DNA from: Podarcis melisellensis | Taxonomy: Eukaryota | DNA: 64,000 nt | Direction: 5' to 3' (one strand) | Assembly (NCBI GenBank): GCA_964234715.1 | Contig: OZ174276.1 | In this document: positions 40,106 to 54,365 of the stretch, in pieces | How the letters are laid out: each line of letters begins with the position of its first letter | Position numbering within the stretch: the stretch's first letter is position 1 | The notes under the pieces: generated by a model | The model's input: the letters and a program-made list of their open reading frames with translations, nothing else | What the model was told of the DNA's origin: nothing | Database searches by the model: none | Program-made: the position numbers and the translations under genes

Positions 40106-40358
40106 CAGTGGTACCTCGCAAGACGAATGCCTCGTAAGACGAAAAACTCGCAAGATGAAAGAATTTTTCGTTTTTTGAGTTGCTTCACAAGACGAATTTC
40201 CCTATGGGCTTGCTTTGCAAGACAAAAACGTCTTGCAAGTTTGTTTCCTTTTGCTTAAAACCGTTAATACCCAGGGAATCCATGCTTCGCAAGACGAAAA
40301 ATTCGCAAGACAAAAAAACTTGCAGAACGAATTAATTTCGTCTTGCGAGTTACCACTG
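40106..40358. mobile_element. TcMar/Tigger-like MITE, family D
   Basis: TIRs CAGTGGTACCTCGCAAGACGAA / TTCGTCTTGCGAGTTACCACTG, TA flanks, and internal GCAAGACGAA repeats. Confidence 0.88.
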
Positions 40359-41128
40359 TACTGAATTAGTACTAGCCCTGTTCTGTGACAATAAAGCATT
40401 ATTCTGCACCAGTGCAAATAACAGATCTGTGGCAGCTGATTCTATTCAAGCCTTTTCCAATTTTCTGCTATTGTCTTTCCTGCTGGTCGGAAGAGTTGGG
40501 GGAGATTACTTATCCTTGAAAAGGACTGTCTTTGCATCAAATTTTGAGTGCACTGTTACATGTTAAAAATATTACATGTGTCATGAAGAACTCCTCTACA
40601 CTATGTGATACCATAGGCATTTGCTGGTTCATACTCGTAAGCCATGTGATGCAAAGGATCAAAGCCATGTGATCTCTAAAGTTACTACAAGCTAACACCT
40701 TAAAAAAGTAGGACCACAGGGAATAATGCAAGAGTACAGTGATTTGTATTAATTCCCAGACATGAATGCTCGACTTAATGGTGTCAAAGTTGATAGAGAG
40801 GCTAATAAAACAAAAACAAAAAACCTTGATATACAGTGCTTTCAAGTTTCAAAAGTGCTTCACATAGTTGCAGTCAATAGGATAGCGGTATTACCCCTTC
40901 ATTTCAGATTTGAGGACTGCGAGAGGGCAGCTTGCCTAAGGCTGTCTATTGAGATCATTGCATAGGTGGGATTCCAACCAGAGATTTTCCAGTTTGTGGC
41001 TTAAACTGCAGTCCTAACTCCACCTACCTGGTAGTAAGCTCCACTGAATTTAGTAGGAAGAAGGCATTGTACAGTCGGATTGCACTGTGAAGTCTCTGAG
41101 CCACTATACCACATCACACCACATCTCT

Positions 41129-41190
41129 TCCTGCTTGGCAGGGGGTTGGACTCAATGGCCCTTGTGGTCTCTTCCAACTCTATGATTCTG
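41129..41190 (+). mobile_element. CR1 LINE 3' end
   Basis: TTCCTGCTTGGCAGGGGGTTGGACTC...TTCCAACTCTATGATTCT, the reverse complement of the 48478 and 54492 copies. Confidence 0.8.
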
Positions 41191-43745
41191 TGAGGAAGTT
41201 CCCAATTTTAATTGAACACATTACAAGCCTGTGTTGTGTACTTTCTGTGTTTTGTGTTGTGCTGGCATCATCTGCCTTGAGAGACAGTGCAGTGTGTCGT
41301 GTGTGTGTGTGTGTGTGTGTAGGGTGGACAAACTAGCCTAGAAGGGGCATGAAGTGTCCTCCATCAGAATGTGTACCTCCTAAAACAGAAATACTTGAAG
41401 CTTATGCCTCTTCCCCCCCCTCCCCGGCCCTCACCTGTTCACCACAGAAAGAAGGGGAAGTATAAGAGTTAAGTGACTTTTATTTCCCCTGCAGGCTGTT
41501 ATTTCTGTAGGCTACAGCAGTTGATTAAATTACATACTGTTCAGTAAGCAGTATGTTTGAACTATATTACCTGACTGGCAGATGCCAAGAGAAAGCCTTG
41601 TAGGGAAACCTGTGCGGTTGGTAGGTTTTGGCATCGGACCATTGGAACTGTGTGAAAGGTTTAATTTAGAAGCTTCCTCAGCCTCGCCAAAAAAGAAAAA
41701 GAAAAGAAAAACTGTAAGACCGTAGGGTTGCTGTTTAGTGTATTTGCTGTTGTCTTGTCCTTAGTTTCATTGTGTTACACACCCCTTATATAATTTCAAC
41801 CTTTTGTGCACGATTCCTTAAAATTAGAATGAAATACAGGGGGTGGTTTGAAAGCCAGTTATTACATTTTTTTTATTGCTATCTAGTTCCTCTTTAGCAA
41901 TAATAATAATAATGGCACATTCTATTTCTTTTTTATTGCTATCTAATTCCTCTTTGAGTTACACTGGTGGCACTGTGGTCTAAACATAAGAAGGTTGGCA
42001 GTGCGAATCCCCGCGACGGGGTGAGCTCCCAGAGTCGTCCCGATCAATAGTAGGAAATCCATGGACCATATCCTGCCCACCAGGCTGTTGCAAGTAGCCC
42101 ACCAGCCCCTGGCAAGATTTGGGTGCCTCTTCACTCCATCTCAGCATTGGGCTGAGAAGAGAGATTTGAACCTTAGCTCTGCACAGTAATGGGCAATATG
42201 AAATGCTTTCTTTGGTCTGCCCTGAGTCAGCTTCAGATCAGGCTCATTATAAAGCAGTTTTGCACATTGAACTGATAAATAATAATAAGTATATGCTTTT
42301 GAGGAAACGAGAAGTTACCAGTTTGATTTGATGAGAAAATTTGAACAGATACTTAGCTCGCACTAAAATGAACCAGATCCAAAAGTACTTAACTTTGGCC
42401 AAACTGTGCACTACATGCATCTAGCAACTATTAGAGCAGGAATGGGGAACTGGATGTGGATTGTAGGCCTGAGCATCATCTCACCCACCGCTTACAGACC
42501 ATGTGTCCTTTTTTTCTTGTATGGCTCTTGCACCAACAATCAATTGATCTTTACATTTTCACAAGCAAAGTGCTATCTGTAAAGTTTTGCAGCACTGCCA
42601 GTCAGCTCATTGGTGGTGTCTGCAACCCCCCCCCCAACCTTTTGGTTTGGCCAAGTCTCGCCAACACCAGTAGAAGGTGGGTCAAGTGCAGAATATGCTA
42701 ACTGCATCTCAAGAGGGAGCAAGATGTACTCTGCTTGAGGAAGGGAGTTAAGTAAAGCCTCTCTTATGCAATAAAACTAGACAGATAATAGGCTAGAAAG
42801 AAAGGTTCTTCAATCAAACTTTAATCTTAATGTTATTGTAGCATTAGAATTTTATCTGTGTTGAGATAACTGTAACTATTGTTTGAATCATTTAATCAGT
42901 AAATACAGCATGCAGCCCAATCTACTGCATGTTAACAGACACTGAGTTCAGTGGGGCTCACTCCCAAGGACTTCTGAGTAATAATGCTTTGGCTTGCAAT
43001 GCAAAAGGCTCTTAACTCTTGTATGGACAGCTGTGGGAATCAGAAATACAAAGCTTGGTTGAATGCCATTAACTTCTTTTTAATGGCATTTACATGAATT
43101 TGGCAGGTTTCAAGATACAGTGGATAGAATATATTGTGTATCTATTCTGAAATGAGGTCCCCTAAATGTAAACAAAACACAAGACAAAGCATTCAGATAT
43201 CACAATAAACAATGGTTTACCATGATGTCTGAACGCAGCCACTGAGTCAATTCTTGGGTAATCTTGACTTCTGAGATCAGGTTTTCTGATTGTTTTAATG
43301 ATTTTTCTTGTTTTAGCCATAATTGAAAAACTACCTTTGTAAAGAATAGAAACTCAAAGCATATTGTCCCCTGAAGCTGTAGTTGTTTTCCATCCAGGTC
43401 TGAGCTGCCTTGTAGAAAGCCCAGGTACTGCTAGCTGAGCTTCCATGCTATTCTACATAAGCACTCATTCAGACCTTCAACATATAGGGAAAATAGGCTC
43501 AGGAAAGCTCCCCTATCCCTTGCAGCAATGCTTGGAATTTCTCAATTAGAAAACAAAAACGACGCAATTTTATTTCAATGATTATGTGCACTTCATCCCT
43601 TCCAGCACCTGAATGAGCGTTTCCCACTTGTTGAGGTGTTTGTTGCTGCAGTTTTTGTTTAAGTTTCCCTCTAATAGCAAGGCAGTTCTTAACGCCTTCT
43701 TCCTCCATTTTGTTTGTACTGTCTCTCCCCACTGATGCAGGATGA

Positions 43746-44057
<312 letters not shown>

Positions 44058-47000
44058 TAAGTAACTACAGTGAAATGCTTGGTTTATCTGTTTCATATAG
44101 GTGGGGCAGATTTCAGAAAATGAACTATGGAATAAATTTGCATTTCAGTAGTGCTTACAAGTCAATACAGTATAAACAAAAACAGTCCCCTACCACTTTC
44201 AAAATAATTTGGTAAAACTGGAACCTGTTATTGTTACATGTCTGTCTCGGAAATCATTTTATTCTACCATTGAATGAATGTATCTAGTCTGCTCTGCTTG
44301 TGTGTTTTTTTAATTGTTTTTTGGGTTTATGATGTTTTAAATTTATATTGTATTATATTTGGGGGGGGGGTTGTTTTATTTTTCCTTACCTTTGTATACT
44401 GCTCTGGTGTCTTTGTAGATGAAACGTTGCCTAGGAAGCATTTTTAATAAGTAAATGTTATTCTTCTGGGGGCAATTTTTAAAAGTTTTGGATCATGCAC
44501 GTCAACTCTGTGAGAAACATCATTTTTTTGCTTCTTTTGAATACTTAAAGAAGAATTCACCCCAAGCAATCTTAGCTGAAGAAATGTCACAAGATCTCCA
44601 ATCAATGGAACATGTGTTTACACAGTTGTTATGTAATCAATTTTTTAGCCAGAGTCTAAAGATATTGGTGGCAACTTGGTGTTTAGCTACAAATCTTCCA
44701 TCTTGGCAGTGCACTAGTTGAAAATACTTCAACATCCTATTTCTGAGAAATACATTTCTTCTAATGAGGCCCTAAAGCTGTGTGTTTATCTGTCTTTTCC
44801 TCCCGGAATAATGTAGTGTGGGAGCAATGAAGCTCTATGCTGAGAATCAGGAACTTTCACAGGATGACACACAGTTTCACCTGTATTAGCACACCTTGGT
44901 TTACAGCCAGAAACACTAATCATATGCCTTTACTTTCTTGTCTCTTCAGTTCTAACTTTAGGTGTGTCACTCATTCTGACCGAGAAGAGTCATATATTTA
45001 GCCAGAAACAAATTCTGCTACCTTTCAAAATTGAATAATTTGGTATCTTGAAATAGGCTGAACTTCATTGTATAGTTCGCATGTAACTCTCTCTGAAAGT
45101 AAACTTAAGGGATATAGGCATGGAGATGGGCTTAATTTGTACAGTTATTGAGATCTATTGTGTCCCTTCGAGATTTTGCAACATATTAATCTTGCAAATG
45201 TCCTCATGCCTTCTTGCCTCAGTTATTAATTGGAATAATTGGAAGAAATTTTGCGGTGCACATCAGGTCATAGAATAGTACACCTGCAATTTTTAATTTG
45301 CTGCTCATGTACAGTATGCAACATTTTACTGAAATAATGCTTTCATGGTTACATGATGTGATCTTCTAGGACTTTGCATTCTGTGGCAGCAGTTCTGTGT
45401 CATAGTAAGCTGCTGTTGCTTCATTTCTCCCCTAGGGTGAGCAGCAGCAACAAACCAAAATCCCTGGTTTAGCATACACTGGAACCAGGGATTTGAAGCA
45501 AAGGTTTGTTTGAGCAAAACAAATTATGAATCCTCAGTCTGGACATATCCCTAAGCCAGGATCATGTACTGTTGCTCCTACTTGCACTCGGGCAAGAACA
45601 AAGTGTTACTGATCTCTGTACTTGTGGGAAAAAGGAAATTGTAGACAGGTAAAATTCAGAAATGCTGCTTTCCCCAATCTGGCGCCCTCTAGTTGTTTTG
45701 GTTAATCAATTTAGGCTGTTCCTTATAATCATGCAGTTGTATACCAAATAGCATAATGTTTTTTGAAATGCTCCTGCGCAGGAAGCTAGGTTTGTTGTAT
45801 GCTGGGTTTCTATAAATCTTAAAAGATCCTTAAAAATTATGTTTAGTTGAATCACTAGATAATTGTATTGTTGTGTTGCTAATGAAAAGGGGGTCTACTG
45901 TTGTGAAGACATGAATGCTCTTCCTTTACTTACGCTTGAGAACAGTACTAACCCGCAGCTCAGAAGAAATTGATGACACTGTGGGAGTGCAGGCAGTTTA
46001 GTCTTCCCTGGAGTCGTGCCTGGTGAGAAGAAAAGAAAGGTGTGGCTCTTAGGTAAATGGAGCCACTTGACTCTGGGGCAAGATTAACCTGCAGAATCAG
46101 GAAATATGAATATTGCTCAGAGCTACATCTTGTGCTCTGATGAAATGTTGAGAATAACCTGTACATGAGGAATATGATTTGTTGTCTGACTAGTTCGTGC
46201 TAAAAGTAATATCTGTTACATATTGGGTAACATATTTGCACTCTCAGACTCCATTTTTCACAACGTGTGTGTCTGGCTTTTGTTGCAGAAATAAGGATTT
46301 GTGGCAGTAGTTCAGTGAGGCCTTTTAACATTGCGTCTCTTCTTGCCTACTCATAGTTCTGTCATAATGACTTTGGCATTGCTTTTGACCCCAGTGGCTC
46401 CTTTGTACACCCAAGTAAGCAAACCTGTAAAGATCATGACTGTCTCCAAGAGCAAATGAGGGCAAGTGTGCTTCCACTTGGCAAACTGTAATGTGAGTGG
46501 TTACCAACAGAGAGAAACAGAGAACCTTCTGTTCAAGGATTAATACCAGAAATGGTGTTAATACTCGCTGTAACTGATGGTGAGTTTGGTGCCCAACAGG
46601 ATTGCTCTTTTTCAGGGGCTTCGGCCAGCATGGAGACTTGCATGATACCTTTGAAAAAAATTCTCACCCTTCCAAAACCACTTCCACTATTAGAGCTCAG
46701 AATTGAGACTGGCTGGTTGCCAGCATTGAACCTGAGCATTTTATTGCTGCATAGCCTGAGAAGCAACATGTGCATCTCCCTGATGCTAATGTACACTTCC
46801 AGGATAATATGAATGGTGCTAAATGAATGGTCGGGATCAAGCAGGCCAGCTCCCTCTTTCTCCATGTTCCTCTTCATCTGTCATCTTTGGCATTCCAGGG
46901 TTCAGCTGTCCTAAACCATAAAACTAAACACAGAATAATCAAATATATTCATTTCCGTAAATATATACCCTGCTGTTCTTCTCAAACCAAGTCCATATAA

Positions 47001-48347
47001 TAGAAACAGCAGTGATTCCTAAAAAGAAGAAATAACCTTCACTGAAACCACAGCAAAGCAGTAAATATAAAACCCAGCTATCCCAAAGGTGTTTTGTTTT
47101 TTTGAAAAGCCATATGTTTGCCTAAACACCTGTGTCAAGAGTCAGATAAGCCTCCTTGGGCTGGGCATTTCTTAAGACTCACGCTACCACAGAGAAGGTT
47201 CTGCAACTTGTGGACACCCACACAGCACATAAGTTCTTCTCAGTAGGGAAGACAGAAATGTTTCTCACTTCCTTCTTTTTGTGTAGCAAGGCAGTGCCTG
47301 GCTTGGAAAACCACACCTAGTCCTGCCTCTTCTTTTGTCAGAATAGTGGAGGTGAAGGAAGTAGGGGGACAGGACCGAAACTTTCGATTGCTTGCCCTGC
47401 CCTGCCTTTTAAACTTGTTGGGGCTTAAATATACAAAATGGAAACAGTGACACCAACTTTTGTTTAGTGAAAGGGTGTGCAACTAAACAGATTGCAGTGG
47501 AAAGTGGGCAGATATTTCCTGGCTTTGAATGTTACTGTGTTCAGTAGCAGTGGCACCTAATTTACAAGCTAGAAGGCTATTTAACTTACATATCTAATTT
47601 TTATGAAATAATCTGCATCATCATGTACAAGCTCCTTGCTGACTGAACTTTTGAACTACGTTAGATACCCAGATATTTAGCTTCACAGTATGAACCCAAA
47701 TTTCCATGACTTTTTGTTCACTGTGTTCCATCCAAGAGTCATAGTACTATGAGCTCCAGGACCTTGATTTAGTGAAATTTAAGATGGCTGTCTTAGATTT
47801 ACTTCCGCATCCATGAAAATTAGATTTGTTGGAAAAACGTTTTTCAGTAATATGATATTTACCCACAAACAGCATTCATTGCCAACCCTCATTGTGGAGG
47901 TTTCAGTATACCTTTTTTGTCTCTTGAGTTATGCAAAGCAAATATAATGTCATAACAAAAGTTTTAATATGCTTTAGGATACTACATAAGAAGTATCATT
48001 GACACTTGAAAGAGTGAGCCATTCTTTGCCATACCTGTTGGAAATCAGATGCAATTAACTCCTGATATGTCAAAACATGTTTTATTCCTTTCTTGTGAAA
48101 GAAATCCCACTTTGGCTGTTCCATTATGTTGGGAAATCCTGGTGGAGTCTCATGTAAACTCCCTTAATAGAAGGGAGGTGATAGCTTAATCAGATGCTGT
48201 AAGCATGGGTTCATGGTGTAATTGCTCATTAGTGCATCACAATGCTTTCCTTGCGTGACTATGAACCTTCTGCCTGGTATTGTGGATTTTGTGGAGAGCC
48301 CACCTCCCCTTCTTGCCCCTAATTATAGTACCTGCTTAATGACCAAG

Positions 48348-48810
48348 AGGACGCAGGTGGCGCTGTGGGTTAAACCACAGAGCCTAGGACTTGCCGATCA
48401 GAAGGTCAGCGGTTTGAATCCCCACAACGGGGTGAGCTCCCATTGCTCGGTCCCTGCTCCTGCCAACCTAGCAGTTCATAGAATCATAGAATCATAGAGT
48501 TGGAAGAGACCACAAGGGCCATCGAGTCCAACCCCCTGCCAAGCAGGAAACACCATCAGAGCACTCTAGACATATGGTTGTCAAGCCTCTGCTTGAAGAC
48601 CTCCAAAGAAGTTCGAAAGCAGGAAGGTAAACGGGAAGGTAAACTGTGTTTCCCTGCGCTGCTCTGGTTTGCCAGAAATGGCTTAGTCATGCTGGCCACA
48701 TGACCTGGAAGCTGTACTCCGGCTCCCTCGGCCAATAAAGCGAGATGAGCACCGCAACCCCAGAGTCGGTCACGACTGGACCTAATGGTCAGGGGTCCCT
48801 TTGCCTTTAC
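48348..48810 (+). mobile_element. Sauria SINE interrupted by a CR1 3' fragment
   Basis: 13-bp TSD CTTAATGACCAAG at 48335-48347 and 48811-48823. Insert at 48478-48609. Confidence 0.9.
48478..48609 (-). mobile_element. CR1 LINE 3' end (5'-truncated), nested in a SINE
   Basis: (ATTCTATG)n tail on the minus strand. AGTTC duplicated at 48473-48477 and 48610-48614. Confidence 0.88.
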
Positions 48811-49904
48811 CTTAATGACCAAGTGCCAGTTTTGACTTAATTGACAATACAAAAGATAACATAGTACTTGGCAATTCCACAACAGGCAGAAACCTAGTCC
48901 TCTCCCTCAATATTTGAAGAACTAGTAAAAAAAAGATTTATTGGCTCTGTTAACCAGCATCTAAAATAGGACCTAATGGGTTGGTGGTGATTGCAGGCTA
49001 CAAATTGTCACTTCTCTGCATCTGGGCCTCCTTTCATGATGCACCAAAGGCAGGCTAGAAACTATTTGCTCTGGTCTACCCAGTGCAAAAGTTGCCGACC
49101 TTGTTATAAGCAGTGAGGTTCCACAGAGGGTTGGGATGTACTAGCTGTCCTGGTGATGATCACTCAGATCAGGTTGCCTCTGGTCATGTCACTTGTGAAC
49201 ATCTCCCTGCCCCACACTGCGGGTACAAAGGGGAGTTTCCGTCCAGCCAGAGGGAGATTAAGTATGCTTGCCAAGGTTATTAATAAATGTTGTACAGCAT
49301 TGTAGAATAGACCCTTCTAATTACATTGTGGCCCATTTCTTCATTGTTGCTGTAGTGTGCCTTAAACTATGTAATGAGATTTGTATATCCAGACAGATCT
49401 CAGTCAAATAGTGGTGGTGCCCCCAGAATATGGAAAGTACAGAAAATACAGAATACAGGAAATATTCTTCCAAGGAACTTTAAGTACATAAAGCTGTAGC
49501 CTCTGGGTTGTATACAGCTAAGTAATACTCAAGAGTAGACCTATCAATATTAATGAACCTTAAGTTAACGTTAAGTTAGTCATGTCCATTAGCTTCAGTG
49601 TATTTACGCTGCATAGGAGTAGCATTGGATACAACCCTTGAGTGGTGTACATTATGGCTACAAAGGATACAATAATGAAAAATGAAGCAGAAGATTAAAA
49701 AAAAAAAAAACTTGCTCAAAATGTCTGCTGAATGAAAAGTTTGTCACCAAGCACCAGAGGTTCAACAGGGAAGGGGGGCTGCCTGATCTCAGCTACTCGT
49801 GATAATGAATGCCTGACTTTGCAGTGGCCTGAGTGTTAAAAAAAATACACTGAAATTCTTACGATTGTCAATTATTCTTATATATTCCTTCTTTCTGTCT
49901 TCAG

Positions 49905-49962
49905 TGCCCTGGTTATAACTGCTATATTTGACCGTGATATTAATTGCAGAAGAGCTGCCTCG
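49905..49962 (+). CDS. TBCD: TBCD internal coding exon (58 nt; ALVITAIFDRDINCRRAAS)
   Basis: cttcag acceptor and TCG|gtaggt donor. Contains the hallmark FDRDINCRRAAS. Confidence 0.95.
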
Positions 49963-50706
49963 GTAGGTTGTGAGTTTGCAATATGTTCTAAATGTTTCTG
50001 ATACTTTATGACACTACTGTGGCCTTTTTGAGCCGTGCAGTTTACTGGTAGGGAGCTTTTTCTAACATGCAATATCAGTTTGTTAAAGGTTTTATATAAT
50101 TACTTTCCAATCAGAAAGAAATTACCCCCCCCCTTTTTTCTGTCTGTCAGATTGTAGCTTAACTCAGGTTCTGAGTGTACAAATCTTAAGGTGATTTCTA
50201 GTTTAAATATTTTCGTATATCTGGATTATATGGATTTTTATGTTTCCAGTTGAAATAAGCTGCCCACATTTGGCCTGTGCAGGTGTTCTACATTTTAAAG
50301 CTGTTTTTCTACCTTTCCTACATGGCTGCCATACATAACATACATTTATTTGTATGCTGCCTTTCCACAGTTCAAACCATCCTCAAGGCAGATCCTAACA
50401 TGAGGGGAATACATAACTACAACATAACAAAAGTAGTAATGAACAATAAATACAACCCTCAGAAATACACAACCAAACTGAACAATTTCCACATAAATCT
50501 CAACAAGATCGAAAATAAAGATGAAAATAAAGCCAACAGCACCACCACCACAACAAACCCCCTCCGAAAACCCCAGCCCAGTACCCTTGACTTTCTCTTT
50601 TCCCCAACCTTGTATCCACAAATGGAGAAGGCTGAGGCCATTTTCATGACCTAATGTTTATTCTGTCTCATCTCACAATGGCTATTTTCTCCTCTTGTTT
50701 CCTGCT

Positions 50707-50707
50707 C

Positions 50708-50759
<52 letters not shown>
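50707..50759. repeat. poly-C plus (TC)n microsatellite
   Basis: Directly visible. Confidence 0.95.
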
Positions 50760-50763
<4 letters not shown>

Positions 50764-51074
50764 ACAGTGTGACAAGCAGTGACACTGGGGGCAGGAGGTG
50801 CAGTGGGGGGGGCGAGGTTACCATTGGCTCTGGGAGGGTATCCCTTCCTACACAACAAAAGTGACCCTCTCACAGGGACAGCTCCTACAGATGCCTGGCT
50901 CAGTCGTCGTCCCCCCCGCCTCTCTCTGTGTGTGTGAGACACACACACAATCTCAGGATTCAACTGCCCCTCAACAATCCCCTTCTTCCTCTCTTCCTCC
51001 TCCTGGGCTGTGGCCAGAGACCCTCCAGCTGCAGCCGGCCAGGGTTGGGAGGGGCAGCAGCAGCAACAGCAGCA

Positions 51075-51200
51075 GGTGCAGACAGCAGCAAAGATGGCAG
51101 CAGGCAGCTTGAAATGGCCAAATGTCATATGCAGGAGTCCACAACCATTGTGGCCGAGTGCTTCTTCTCCAGGTTGTACTGTATCTCATAGCTTGAGGAT
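51075..51200 (-). mobile_element. Possible degenerate PIF/Harbinger transposase fragment
   Basis: Frameshifted reading DPQA/EIQYNLEKKHSATMVV/TFGHFK/CCLH resembles the ExxYNxxHSxTRxVVExTFGxLKxRFRCL segment of Harbinger transposases. Confidence 0.4.
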
Positions 51201-54029
51201 CAGAAACCTTAATTGAAGAAATCAGACTCCAGCATTTTAATCATACAGATTATTCCACGATGGGTTATGCTGCAATCATAGCTGCAGGCTAACACTGCGC
51301 ACAGACTGCCTTTCATGTCCAACCCTACTGGCACTCCTTTTTGCAACAAAGAATTGTATGAGATTGAAAGCTTGTAACACTTATAAATATATTCTATGAG
51401 ATTGAAAACTCCAACTGCATGTATGTGTATAAATTAATAAAATATGTCAAAGTAGTTTTCACTTTCATATAATTTTTTGTTGCTAAAAGGATTGCCAGTA
51501 GTTCCTGCTTATAAAGGCTATGGATATAGCAGTCTCAGCTTTTCCTCTATAAGATGGAAATAATAGTCTATCTCACCTGGCTGTTGCAAGACAAACAAAG
51601 CAGACTATACACTTTGCACATGTAAAAAGAAATGCTATATATAGCATAAACATTTCAATTTTTTTCCTGTAAACTAAAGCCAAGCACTTTTAAGAGAAGA
51701 CATTGCCAGCCACTTTGTACCAATGAATTCTATAGACTTCCCTCTAAGAAACTGGACCTTTCAATCTCATACAGTTCTTTAAAATACATATGAAACTTTC
51801 TTAGTTATTTTAAAAACTAGATCCTCTTTGCTATCAGACCATCATTGGGATCCTGCAAGACCATGCATGGACCAAGGACCACTTGCTTTTCCATAGTGCA
51901 AGCACCTATTCAACTATTGTTAAACAGCCACTCGACTCAAGGGGAGGAACTGAGTGTAGCACTAAGGAGTTTGTTCCATCACTGCAAGCATTTTAGCTTG
52001 TCAGGGCGATGAGGGTATCCCTCACTCTGTCTCATCCTCACCAACAATAGGTGTAGCTGTGCATATGTAATGCTTCTGTGTGCGCACACATGAGTGGAAG
52101 GGGAGAGGAAATAGAGGCTTTACCTCCTTGCACCAACTGTGTGCATATTCATTTGCATGTTATGTATGTCAGTTTGCATGAATCCTTGGAGTAGGTAGAG
52201 ATCCATCCCTCTGGCTTCTTTCCTACCTTTGTGAAGTTAACACAGATCCTCTTTTGTCAGTGGCACAACAAGTGCAGAGTGGCTCTGTGTTAGACATGGC
52301 ACTCTGCACTTCTGTCTTTTCTCTGATGATTTCCCCATTTCTATCTCTTTTCTACTTTGTCTGTGACAGTTAAGAATTATGATAGCCATGCTATTTGACT
52401 GTAAGGCATCCAGCCAAGGCCAACAGACAAATTAAAACTCTGTGTGATTCTTTGTGATTATGGCTCGGATTTAAAGATCCTGTTTAGGTGGGCATATTCC
52501 CAGCAAGCTTTCAGGGTTTTTTTGCCTACTTCACATTGCTCTTGTAGCACATTATGCTGAAAGCTGCCCTTAGCAGCTTTGGATGCAGCTTGTTGACAAC
52601 CATAGGGAGGTTTCTATAAGGAGAAAGGAACTCAAGTAGCATATGCTAAGCTGGATATGGAATTCTATGCCTAGAAATTACATGCAAGCCCATATATTGC
52701 CACATGGGATCTAGTGCTTCTGGCTACAGTGTCTAGAATTTTCTAAAGAACTTAAGTTTTCTGAATGTGTATAAAATAACATAGTGATTCCCATATGCCT
52801 CAGGTGTGGGCATGTTGCTAATTTGATATAGCAAGTAGAATTACCCTTCATATTAACAATAGTGAAATCAGGAATCAGTAACTTAAAGGGCTGCTATTTA
52901 TGTAGATTATTATTATTTAATTGAATGTAGCATTTTCCCATGACATAACAAAAGATTGTAAGCAGAAATAAGTAGCCACTAGCATTTTGGATATCTACCA
53001 GCAATTCAAGCTAAGACAGATTTAAAATGACTCAACACCTAAAGGGGGGTGGGGAGGGAGATTAACCAATTCCCTCTCTTACCTTTCCAACGAAGTCATA
53101 GTTTCATTCAAATTTTATCTATGTATTGCAGTGGTTTTATATGTCTTCTGAATTCGTTCCCCCCAATTGTTGTTTTTAGAGTGTAGAACAAATTGATGAG
53201 TATAATTTATGTGATTTAAGGCTTGTTACTTTGAAATGATGGGCATGCCGGGATTATGAAATTAAAAATACACTTAACTGTCCCAAGATAGGTGCTCAGT
53301 TTTCTTTTGAAGTCTGTGGGAATTGTATTCACCTCATGGATATTTAGAAATGAGCTGAGTTGCAATGTTTGCAATACGTTCCATGGTAGGGAGAGAGGTT
53401 TACCTGAAGCCAGTTTCTCCTGCTTAATGGAAGTTGTGTGAGCAGTTTATCCTATTTATTTTAACTTAGGCAAACTTAAAAATAAACTTTCATGAAGCAT
53501 AACTGCAAAAGCTTTGCAAGCCCTGTCAACACCCTCTGATGAAATGAAAAAGAGAGTGTCTCAGTCCTCTGTATATATGCTGGCCTTGACATTCTTGAAG
53601 GCTCAAAAGCCAGATCCCCACTTCCTAATTCAATCAAGAGAACAGTATACCACATCACTTTGCTATTGAGAGCCCTAGTTTTGGTGTGACCTTCTAAGTA
53701 GTACTGAAACAACACCCAGCTAGACCTTGGATTTTCAAGTATGTTGAATAAACACATATTTTCACCCCTAAAGGGTGTTAGATAATGGCTAATTAAATTG
53801 TCACTGAAGCACTGTGGATGGGTGGATTAGATGCATGAAATTGGTGTTCGTCCTGTTCAGGTTAGGGTTGCAATTCCCCCTGTAATAACAGGTATGCAGT
53901 TTGGAGGTACTCCTTGTTCCGGCAGTGATACTTGAGGCCTACATGGCCTCAATTACCCAAAGTGCTTTGGCTTTCTGCTAATTTTGACTGTTTCTGTAGA
54001 GGGATAGTCTTCTGTGGTGATCTAATATG

Positions 54030-54365
54030 TGGTAATCTCCTGGCTTGATTACCATAATGGACATGAGGCTGCCCTTAAAGATGTCTTGGAGGCTTTAGTT
54101 AGTGTAGAACTTGCCTGCTTGAACTTTGATAAGTATGGTCAGAGTTGTTCATAGTGCACTTATTTTGAAAGAACTACATTGACTGTCTGCTTGCTTCAGA
54201 GCCTAATTTAAGATGCTTTCACACTCTAAATGGCTTGGGACCCATATACCCCAAAGAACATCTCTTCCCATAAGAGCCTGCTTATTGTATCTTAAGTTCT
54301 TCTATAGAGGCCCTGCTCCAAGTACCCAGTTTAGTAGAGATTCGCTGTGCTTGTACAAAGGAGAG
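54030..54365 (+). mobile_element. Degenerate L2 LINE fragment
   Basis: GGCTGCCCTTAAAG...GAACTACATTGACTG...AATGGCTTGGGACC pattern. A related remnant lies at ~60880-61290. Confidence 0.55.

Noticed and set aside
51010-51216. Poly-Q ORF GQQQQQQQVQTAAKMAAG as a separate gene or retrogene
   Set aside because: Short, driven by CAG repeats, with no recognisable protein after the ATG and no poly(A) tail or TSD.
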